Under the pieces are notes generated by a model. The model was given only the letters and a program-made list of their open reading frames with translations, did not search any database and had not been told where the DNA came from. This document shows, piece after piece, positions 25,418 through 35,846 of a stretch of DNA of 64,000 nt. Both the position numbers and the translations under genes were made by a program. Location of the stretch: assembly GCA_964106915.2 (NCBI GenBank), contig OZ066915.1, one strand, 5' to 3'. This DNA comes from Podarcis gaigeae. Lineage: Eukaryota. Every line of letters starts with the position of its first letter. The stretch's first letter is position 1.

Positions 25418-27109
25418 AACAGTAAAGTAGACCTGTTAGAAAAGTTTCTCAGACCAAGTCTACCCAATCTGGTAGACTTGGGCTCTAAAATGGTACACCT
25501 GTTCTCTGGTGCCAGTTCTGAATGTTTGTCAAAATCTGTGTGTGCACAATAGTCCTGATGCAACAGTCTTTCATTAGGATCTATCGTCTTTTTGCTCTTT
25601 CTCCTAAGCCTAAGCCTTGAAGAGCGGGGGAGAAGAGAACTATGCTGTGTTGTCCTTTCTTTTGAAATTCACAATGAATATTTCCTTTTGATTTGCCACA
25701 TTAGCACTAATGGAGTCCTCACCAAGAAGAGGGGGATGTGTAGAATGAAGTGGGACAGATTAACTCTTTGGGCCCTTCTTCCCCATAACAGCTGTGCCTC
25801 TGCATCCATATTAGGCATCTGCATTTCAGTTAAAACACAAACACTGTTAAATAATGTGCACACTCCACAAATGCTATGGAGAAACATATTAAAGTGCCCA
25901 TAATGTGCATGCTGCTCATGTATACCAAGTCAGTACACTGAGGTATCTCAATGTGTATACTAAACACACTATACATCTAAGAGGGGGCAACTTTTAAATC
26001 CCATTTATTTCAATGGCAGATACATGCTTAAACTCTTCCTCTTTTTTATTTTTTAAAGATTGCTTAAACTTGGTATCAGCAACTATTTTCAATAAACTAA
26101 CTTTCATCATTTCTGACACTGTAGGGGAGTGACAGCTGAGAATAGGGGGAGGACGACGTAAATGTTGGTATCCCGTTACTTGTAAAACTGAAAAGCTTAT
26201 AAACATTTTTAACAGCAATTAATTCCACCAGGAATGTGAAGCACACACTTAAATCTCCAACTAAACTCTCTTCCGACATCCCCTTGATTTCAGTTGGAAA
26301 CATTCAAATCCATGCTTAACTCTCCTACTGAATTTGGTAAGGGGCCAAAACCTTCTCACTTTGGTTGAATCATGCCCCATGTTTACTTGAATGCAAGTTC
26401 TGGTGATTTCAGATAAATTCTTCCAAATCAAGGTGCTTAGCATCAAGGCACAACTGTCTAGAATCCATGTACTAACATTTAATGGGGCTGTGAATCATGG
26501 TCTGTGTCTGCCTAGTGCTAAAACTTTTATTTATTTATTTTTTTAAATCTCTGTTGGGTCTGCAAGCTCTCAAGCAACTACCACAACTATAAACATTTTT
26601 TCTCTGTAGCATTAAATCATATATGTTTATGACACAGCACCAGCAACTAGCAATATCAATAAATATAGAGCTTTCTCAAAATATGATGTATATTTAAAAT
26701 AATTTCATGTTATTTCTGTTCACGTATAAATATGATTGACGCCCTATTTATTTGAACGCCCGCCCTGTGCTATATCTCTCCTAGGCACAGGGTGGTTGAC
26801 AGTAGTCAGTCACCTAGGGAATCCATGGATGCAAACAAGATTCTAGACAGAAATTTTCAGTCTTTATAAAAAATATAAATATAAACCAGTAGGGCTTAAC
26901 GCTGGATCATATCTCCACTATTTATTTCCCTGTTGCTAATCAAGTTCTGTTCTTGCAAATTTCAGACTTCCTCCCTCACTGCTGTTTTCCCATTAGCACA
27001 AACAGGAAAATAAGTTTCCAAACTCAAACAGAGAGGATTTTGCACTCTGTTTCAGCTTGATTAGACGAGGAATCCGTCTGACTTTAGGGAGTGATGGCCT
27101 TAAGGAAAG

Positions 27110-29300
27110 CAAAATCTTCATAAAGCTTTTCTTTATTATTAATATTATTATTATTCTTCTTTAAATCCGCATAAATATTTGGCAAGGCAAACCTGTTCTC
27201 TTCGCAAGTGGTCATACAGATTTGAGGTAGAAAACCCGGTACAGGAAATGTATAAAATGCATCCATTTAGGTAGTTTAAATACATCCAAACAAAAATATG
27301 AAATGGAATCATCAATGTTGGGAGAGGAGAGACATGGTGGGAGGGGGAGACCTTGTGTTTATTTACATCGAAACAAATAACGACACTAGGCACAACACAC
27401 AAGCCTGCCACAGAGAAGCATCCTCACGAGTCACTGGTTTCAATGCGGGGGTCACCATGTGCTGAACTTTCTCCAGCCGAAACCAGGCGACCTTTTAAAT
27501 GGTGCTTAGTTGTAGCTGGATCATGCCCAGTATTCCCCTCCCCCACAAGTGCAGGAGGAACCAATCCCCCAAACTTGGGGGGGTGCAGGGAATGAGTGAA
27601 GTGGTGGTGGGTGGAAGGTATGGAAAGCTCATGCACGTCTGTAGGGGGGAGTGTCTCTAGAGTGCATGGCCAATCCCCCCATCCACCACGGGCAATATTG
27701 GGTCCCAGGCCAGGGAGGCAGGCGACAGTGCATTTACAACAGGAGGAGCAGATTGGGGGTCTCGTTCTTTCACTTTGCATCTTTCTTTCTGAACTGGATT
27801 CTCTTTTAACTGGGGAGGAGAGGGGATGAAAGCAGAGGAAATGTAAACCTAGGACACAGAGACAGAAGAAAGCAGCCGGGTTACAGCCAAAGCGAGCCTC
27901 CTTCCATTTCTGCAACCTGGACCTGAAAGTTTTGGATCTGCTTAGAATTGCAGGCTGTGGTGGTTTATTGACTCAGGTGGTTTCATGGGCATAGCAAGGA
28001 TTGGGGGGCAGCCCTTTTGTATTTTTATTGATTTTTATTGATAGAGGGGCAGCTACCCCTCCCCGCTACATCCACAGGTGGTTTATTGAAGGAGCTTCAT
28101 GGACTCCGATGGGGAGGGCGGGTGGCGGTTTTGGAATAAGCCCCTTGAGGACCGCATAGCTGTCCCCACTGAAATCCGAGAGATGGGTCCAGCCCAAGCC
28201 AAGAGTTTGGAAATCCAATTTGGCGGGGTCTTAAGGTGGGCTGGATTGTGTCCAAAGGTGGGATTCAACTCCTCCAGCTCTTATCTGCATCCTTCCATCC
28301 TAGTCAGGAAGTAATCCCATTCCTAGCTGTGGGATTTACTCCCGAGCAAATCCATTTATGTGCTCAGGTTTCCGGCTACAGCCCTGCTAGGGCGCTAGGG
28401 TGGGGGATCCTATAGATTTTGAAAAGGAAGCAAAGGCTCCTATCCCCACGCTGACATGCAGAAAGAAAGTTGTTGCCTCAGGAGTGGCCTGGCGTTAATA
28501 GAGTGGTGTACTTCGAAGCAGCTCTCCTCCTGTTCGATGGGATCCTCACGAAGAACAGGATGTTTCAGGCTGCAGCCTAAATTGTGACGAAATCGGATTA
28601 TCAACCTCTCTTCTCCTCCTCCCCCCTCCCACTCCCCCCCCTTCAGCAATGGCTTGACAGCAAATGGAAATCACTCTCAAGTCAGGATCGGCTGGCGGGC
28701 TTTCCACCTTCTTTTGTGCAACACAAGATCCCTTTCAGGTCCGCACACAATCCCGCGTGATATAGCTATATATATATATATATATATACATCTACATCTG
28801 TGGCACCCTGGTTCCATGAGACATTCAAAAGCGACATTAGACGACGCGATATCCCGCGTGGGTTTCCGGCAAGGCTTCTTCCTGCCTGACTTCCGACGGC
28901 GCAGACGGTCCATCGTTTGACGTCCAGGTCCTCGCCGGGCTTTCAAGCCAGCGAGTTACTGGCTTCAGGGAAGGGGAAGTTTTCCGTTCTCAGGCGTGTC
29001 GGGGGCCCCTCTCTGCAGCCTCCACATTGCACATGATCCTCGTCCTCACTGAGGCGGCCGCCGGCTCCCCGCTCCAAGGCTGCGAAGGGGAGGGCGGATC
29101 AGCAGACGGAAACAAACAAAAAAAGCGGGTCGCGGACGATTTTTCTCTCTCTCTCCTTCTGAGTGTTGGGGATTTGGGGTGGGAGGGATGGGGCAGAGAC
29201 CAACCAGGGAGAACAGGGTCCCCCATCCTGGGCGCGCGCGCAGTCCTCTTCCCAGCCACCTTGGTGGAGCCGGTTCTCTGGAAACGGTTCCTGGTTTCAT
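27110..29300 (-). other. HAND1: Probable HAND1 3'UTR
   Basis: Follows the TGA stop. Minus-strand AATAAA at 28082-28087, 28024-28039 (two), 27964-27969, 27358-27363 (within TGTAAATAAA) and 27132-27137; AU-rich terminal block 27110-27390. Confidence 0.5.
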
Positions 29301-29402
29301 TCATTGATTCAGTTCCAGCGCCCAGACCTGCTGAGGCCAGCCAGTCCTGCCCTTAAGCCGTTTTTCTCCGTGGCCTAAAGCGTGAGAATAGCCCTCGGTC
29401 TG
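29301..29402 (-). CDS. HAND1: HAND1 exon 2 (C-terminal HAND motif)
   Basis: Polypyrimidine tract + ttgCAG|CAG acceptor; [33 protein letters not shown]-stop. [12 protein letters not shown] is the HAND1 C-terminus (HAND2 has WPQHVWALELKQ). Missed by the ORF track. Confidence 0.97.
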   Translation of the reverse strand, partial: QTEGYSHALGHGEKRLKGRTGWPQQVWALELNQ

Positions 29403-32400
29403 CTGCAAGGGGGAGAGGGGAGGGGAGGAAAGAGGAAAAAAACAAAAACCAGGAGGGAATGAATCTCCATTACGCATTAATCATCCTCATCACCAGAAGA
29501 AAAGAAAGCAGGGAAATGTAGAGGGGAGCCATCCTAAGCGTGTTACTCTTGAGAAAGTACGCTTTAGGAGGGCGCCTGGACTGCCTCCCCTGGGTCCTCC
29601 TGTGCTCTGTCCCTAACAAATAGATCCTACCACTAATCCTATCGATTGTCCTAAAAGGCCCAACGCAGCCCCTGCGAAGCGCGCTTAACAGTCCTCGCAG
29701 GCGATGCAAGCGGCGCCAGCTCCTGGCTCTGCAACAAAAAATCGACGGAGGGGCTTGCAAAGCGCTTGGTCTTGGTGGGGTCGTGCCTAAGGCAGAAGAG
29801 AAAGCCAGGCGAGTAAAGGAAGGAAGGAAGGCGTTTGCATGGCGAGCCCTTCTGCCATCCACGAGGCCACTGTTTGTAAATTTCGCCCGGAAGGCTGTAA
29901 AGAAGACCCCGGAGTTGTTCATCTGTTTATGAGTATTAGATAATCAGGCGGAAGGCCATAAATTTCAGTCTCTATTTGCAGCCCTTTTATAAATATAAGA
30001 GGCTGCGTTTTGGTAAATACGTCGGAGCCCTCTACTAAATTATGCCGGTTATGAGTCTTTTAATTGCCGAGGCCGCTCCGCGAAAAAAAACGGGACCGAA
30101 TAAATAAATCGCGGGTTTTATACAGGCTCTTGAATAGTATAAACTTTGCAGATGCTAATTTATTTACCCTTGGGAAGTATTTGCAACTCGGTCATTTAGT
30201 TATTATTTATTTTCAAATCCGGCTCCTCCTCTATCTCCGCTCAACGAGAGCGAACGCAAAGGAATAAAGATGGATGAATGAATTCCTTTTTCCTGTTCCT
30301 TTTTTATTTTTTATTTTAAATTCACTGATTAAGCGCTTTCTTTTAACTGTGGAGAGAGGAATCCACACCGGGACGGGAAATGGAGGAAACTGAGATTGAG
30401 AACTATATTGCAATACGAATTTTGAACAATGATGATTATGATTATGATGATAATGGCAGCTGACATCGAATTCGATTAATGTTTCTATGGCCTGATACTT
30501 TTCTGTATTGAAACAGTATCGAAAACTGATCGGCCAAACGCCGTCACTGAGAGAGGGAGAAGAAGCGCAGAGCCTCTTTAAAAGCAGGAGCAGTACGTCT
30601 CACGGTCAATTCCCCCCCTCCTCCATTTTTACACTTCCAGAAAAGGGTGGGTTGAAATGGCCTGAATGCATTTATATTGAAGAGCAAGAGAGAAATCTAT
30701 TAGCATACGAAATAAATAAATGGAAGCCTCAGGACAGCCGAACCAGCTTCGCTCCAGTTCAATTTCACAGGGTTTCTTTTTTTGGGGGGGGGGGTCGAGA
30801 TTTGGGTGGATTGTATTCTGCTGGCAGCAGGAACCTGTGGAACAGCCCCCCCCCCCAGCCCTTACTGATCTATTTTATTGGGGAGAAGCTTCCATTAAAA
30901 GAAAAGGGGGGAAGACTACTACAGTACTGTTGAGGAAACTCTTCCAGGGCGTATTTTGGAGCGGTCCCAATTCACCTCGTGTGCGTATTTATTCCTTGCG
31001 CCTTGGTTTTGCGCAGAGAAGGTTTTTTTTTTTTTTTTTTGCGGGAAGCAACTGCAGCCAAAAGCGGCGAAGATACGGGATTATTATCCCCCCCCCCCCG
31101 CCTTCCTTCCAGATTGTGTATAATTCTCTCTGCTCGCCCTACCCCACCCCAAAACTCACATCCAAATGACCTTAACAGTTCTAAACAGCTCTGGCAATTC
31201 AGTGGCGCATTTTCAAATCCCGCCAGAAAGGGGAACAGGAGATGAGGAAATGAAGTCGAGAGTTGCCACGGCGCCTTTCATCGCTCCTGGAGGATTTTGA
31301 AACAATCTCTTGCGTTATGCCGCCTTCTTGAGCCCCACAACAAAAAACCTATGCAAACTAGCGAAAGAGGCGCCAAGAAAATGACCGGTATCAACGGAAA
31401 TTCCCTAGAGAGGACTGGGCCAAGAGAGCTACATGCCATTTTAAAAGGGATGTGGGGTGTTTAAGTAGCGGTGCAATATTTGACAGGCTTCCCTGCATCT
31501 TCCCTATCTTTCCAGGGGTGTGGGAAATATTCCCCCACCAGGTTTTTTTAAAAAACTATTTGTTGCAGTCCGATCTTCCAAAAAGGATGCGGTTCCTGGC
31601 CTGGGAGAATAAAAAGAAAAGTTGGCCATTTCATTTCGGCCGCCCTTTCCAAAAGTATTGGGACTTTTCTACCGCCAGATCCTACGCGTGTCTACTCAGA
31701 AGCAAGCGCCGCTGAGTTCAATTGGACTTCCATTGAAGCTTGCATAGAATTTGCAGCTGTCTTCGATGGCCAAATTGCGGAGTGAAGAGAAGGCGCTTTG
31801 AGCCGCTGACAACTGAACGCACTTTTACTCGGAGTACACCCATTGAAACTAATTGGCTTCAGTTAGTTATGACCATCAATTTCAGTGAGTCTGCTCTGAG
31901 TAAACGTTAGTCGCCGGCAACCCTGGGTAACATCTTAAGAGGAGAGCGCCGCTTTTGCAATCAGGAACAAGCTCCTGCGACCCCACAACCAGCCCGCAAA
32001 TAACGTTGAGTTGCCTCGATGTCTTTACGCAGCTGCTTAACACTAGGGCAGCGAATAGAAATCAAAAGGATAACTTGTGGATCAGAACAAGCGGGGCCTG
32101 TTGCACCTCCTGTCCGAGATGCCTGCCTGCCAGCCAGCCATGCCATGCCCGTTCATAGGGCATGCCATTTCCCTCCCGCTTCTGCCTCAACAGTCTGCTG
32201 AGGGCTTTCCCTCCCTATTTGCCCCTTGAAAATGTTACTACTTCTGAAAACCTTCCTATGGTGTCATGCTGCCAGCGCAGAAAGCAGACTGCTAACAGAA
32301 GCCTTGTGTTGAATCTTGCAGAAAATCCAGTTCAAATGAGTAATTTGCACTTGCAGGATACACATTGTGCAACCACTGTCACCATTATTATACTCTTGTG

Positions 32401-35006
32401 AGAGGCAACACTAGTGTGTCAGTGCTTGTCTGCTGTTGCTTGCGCAACAATGTAACTCTTTTGTGCGCGGATGGCGTTGTTTCAGATGCGTTCACGCCGG
32501 AAGAACAAAATTGATATTCTAGAAGAACATTCCTCGGACAGCACAATAGACGAGTCACTTCTAACTTTCCAGAAAGCGCAGTTCCAAACACTTTTCTCGC
32601 AGCGAGGCATGTTTATAAATAAACCTGCACCCGGGGTTAATCTGACCTAAAAGAAGGAAGATGGCTGCGGGCGATCTCACCGCTTTAACTCGCGGTCAGA
32701 ACCTTCGCCATTCTTTTCCTTCTAGGTCTGCTTCCGTTAACCATAGTAATTAATATATATTATTTCGGGGTGAAATAAAGGCGGCGCAACAGGACATTTG
32801 GATGGCTCGTTCATCTAAGGTCGGATTCCGATTCTCCCTCCGGCAAAGAACGTTCCGTGCAAGGGAGTAGTTCTAGTCAAGGAAGGGCACGTCTTGCAGA
32901 ATGCAGAACTGGGGACAACACTTGCAAGGAATGACCGCCCTCACTCAGCTCAGTCTGGCTCTGTCCTCCACCGTCTCACATCCACGCTAAAGGGAAATCA
33001 AACCAAGAGAACGAATGACTCACGTGCAGCGCGAGCCCACGCTTGTCTACTCAGAAGTGTGTGCAAGTGCACGCTTCCAAAGACGCGTGAAGGTTGGATG
33101 GAGGCCTAAGGCTGCCATCCTAAATCACGCGATGTCGGGGATTGCGCGACAGGGGGCCGAGGGCAGATCGTTAGCAAAGCCGAAAGGCTTGGCCTAGGCC
33201 AGAGTCAAGTTTAAAAAGGGCGCTTGCAGGGCGGACGCAGGGAACATTTGTTACAGGCGGTTACTTATTAGACAGGACTATAGCTCAGGGATCCCTAGGA
33301 ACAATTTCCCCGTGGTCTTGAAACGGGAGCGAGCGATTCCCCTTCCCCCTGCCTGGAGTGCTGATCTGTTAACGTATGAAGATCGGAAGGCATGCAGTAC
33401 AGTGAAATAATCGACCTTCTTTCCCCGAGAGACTGAGATCTCAGTTGGCACATTAGGAAGGGGTCGGAGAGAGGCTCCAGAGTCCCACATTACTTCTCCT
33501 GAAATATTGCCTGCCACAATGTCCCATTCTGCGTTTTGCTAAAATGTCATGCAATGCATTCCATGCAACAGAGTTCGAGCGCAAAGCATCAGTTGGGGGG
33601 GGGCGCAGATCCACCGACCCAGGTATTCAACTTGGACTGCCAAATGCTTTTGCCCACACAGTCTTTATGGCTCTGATTCAGACACCACCGGCAGGATGAG
33701 TCCATCAAGGGATGCGGTGGGTATGGGAAGCTTTGTTTTGTGGGACAAAGGGCTTCAGATTGGGTGGGTATCAAACCCTCAGATTGCTACAGCCCTCCTT
33801 TGAAGGTCTAGAAGAAACCCCCACCCCACACACCAGTGCAGAAGGGCTCGTTTAGATCCAAAGGCCAGAGGCCTAGGCTTTTCTTGGCACGCCTCTAGAT
33901 CCCAGTCGCTGGGGAGCCAGAGCAAGAATGAGCTGTTTTGCTCTCCTGCTCGGCTTGAGGAAGCTTTCCAGGGGCATCTGGCGAGAAACAGGGATGCTGG
34001 ACAAGAGAGGCCTTGGGTCTGATCCGGCAGGGCTCTTCTTGCGTTCTTCTGATTTAATAATTGAGGTTTAAGTACCCAGGCCACCAAATCTCATCTCTAA
34101 TCTTTACATCTCCCAAACCCACCGCACAGCAAATGCAGCTTTTCCCAGCTTGCCACCCTAATATCCACTCTACTTAAAGGAGGACCCTTTCCTTCCTTAC
34201 CCTATTCACTTGGACTTCCGCAGACGTCAGTGGGCTTGATATCCAACAAAATACTAGACCATCTTTAAAACACACATGGAAAAAGCAAGCTCACTTCACT
34301 CTTGCGCCAGGCGGGAATCATTTTTAAAAACCAAGCAGAGGGGCTCTATAGCCTGCCAGCCTAATTCTACCCACAGGAGGGGTGGGGCTCCCTCCATACC
34401 CTTTTGCGATGTCCAGGCCTCTGCTCTAGGTACCCCCACCGAGGAAATCAGCCTCAGAGAAAAACAGATGCTTGTTTGGGATAGCTATTCTTTAAGTGGA
34501 GCACCATTACCTCACATGAGCCTCTTACCTGAAGTTTAATGTGGGACAGGCCCGGAGACGAAGACCTGGAATTGGGGAAGGGGCGCGTGTTCTGGGGCAG
34601 AGAGGTCCACTCTCCGGAAGTGGAAGCCCATGGGAGCGGGATCAGGCTCGCTCAGGTGGTCAGACCTGGCCGAGAAGACAATCTCCAATGTGCTTTTTCC
34701 TCCCCTCCGCTACGGGACGGCTGAGCTCCAGGGTGAAGGGGCAGGGGTTGCAATTCCCTGGAATTGAGCAGAGTCTCTTCCCCACCGCTAGCCCCCGCGC
34801 CTCTAAGTTTTGGCCATGGCTACGCTCGGTGCAGCTGCCCTAAAGCCTGTGCAGAAACAAAGGTATTGTTTCCACCCCTTATATAGGGAGTCGCCACTCA
34901 TCCCGCTACGTCTGGAACCAGGAGACTCACTTTTCTGCCCCGCTCCTCCCGTTCGAGGGGAGGGCGCCTCTGAGCGCGCGCAGAGCGCCTTCGCGCGGGC
35001 CCTTAC

Positions 35007-35642
35007 CGGCTGCTCGCGCTTCCTCTTGGCGGCGTCGCGGGGCTCGGCCTTCTTGAGCTCGGCCTTGAAGCCCTCGGCGGCCGGCCCGTCCTTGGCCAGC
35101 ACCTCCATGAGGTAGGCGATGTAGCTGGTGGCCAGGCGCAGCGTCTTGATCTTGGATAGCTTGGTGTCGGCCGGCACGTTGGGGATGCACTCGCGCAGCT
35201 CGGCGAAGGCGCTGTTCAGGCTCTCGGTGCGGCGGCGCTCCTTGCGAGGCGCTCCGGGCGCCGACGACGAAGACGCACCCCGACGGCGCGCCGCGCTCAG
35301 CCGCCCGCCCAGCTCCGACGGGCTGCCGCCGTACGACGAGGCGGGCGAAGCCGACGAGCCCAGCCCGGCGGCCGCTGCAGCCGCTGCCGCGGCTGCCGCG
35401 CACACCAACTCGGGAGGAGGCGGAGGCGGCGGGGAGAGGTCGGAGGCTGCGCTGAGCAACCAGCCCTGCGCGAAGGGCCGCTCGGCCGGCGGGAAACATC
35501 GGCCGGGGGCCGGCGGAGGCGGCGGTGCGGGCGGCCCGAAGAGGAACGGCTCGTGGTGCGGGTGGTGGGGGTGGAGCAGCGCGCCGTGGTGCGGGTGGTG
35601 GTGGGGATGGGGGTGGCCCTGGTAGCCCCCCACCACGTTCAT
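35007..35642 (-). CDS. HAND1: HAND1 exon 1 (His-rich N-terminus + bHLH)
   Basis: gccgtcgccATG Kozak context; [68 protein letters not shown] (212 codons) then CCG|gtaagg donor at 35006; intron 29403-35006 (5604 bp); adjacent to SAP30L as in other vertebrates. Confidence 0.98.
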
Positions 35643-35672
35643 GGCGACGGCGGCGCCCCCGAGTCTCCGGCG

Positions 35673-35687
35673 CTACGAAGAAGCCAT
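35673..35687 (-). other. Upstream ORF (MASS*) in the presumed HAND1 5'UTR
   Basis: ATG GCT TCT TCG TAG ending 30 nt before the main ATG, downstream of the TATA-like box. Confidence 0.55.
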
Positions 35688-35816
35688 GGGAGGCTCGGCC
35701 CCGAGGGGCGCCCACGCTGCGGGCGCGCCGTCCAAGTTGCGTGGTCCAGCGGCGCGCTCCCTCTCTGCCGCGCTCGCCTCAGCCCTCCTGCTCTGCAACC
35801 AGCAACTCGGCCGGCC

Positions 35817-35846
35817 TTTATGCAGCGGTGGGCTCTTTGATGTCAC
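35817..35846 (-). promoter_or_regulatory. HAND1 core promoter: CATAAA box plus overlapping TCF/LEF (ATCAAAG) and CRE-like (TGACATCA) sites
   Basis: Minus strand GTGACATCAAAGAGCCCACCGCTGCATAAAGG, ~175 nt upstream of the ATG inside the CpG island. Confidence 0.65.

Noticed and set aside
27960-28090. Cluster of four minus-strand AATAAA as the definite HAND1 poly(A) site
   Set aside because: Two of them lie in what looks like a small MITE flanked by duplicated AGGTGGTTT, and a more typical AU-rich terminal block lies at 27110-27390; this cannot be decided from sequence.
34803-35006. C-terminal 67 aa of the 279-aa ORF (VRARAKALC...)
   Set aside because: Read-through into the intron past the GTAAGG donor; the true C-terminus is exon 2 at 29301-29402.
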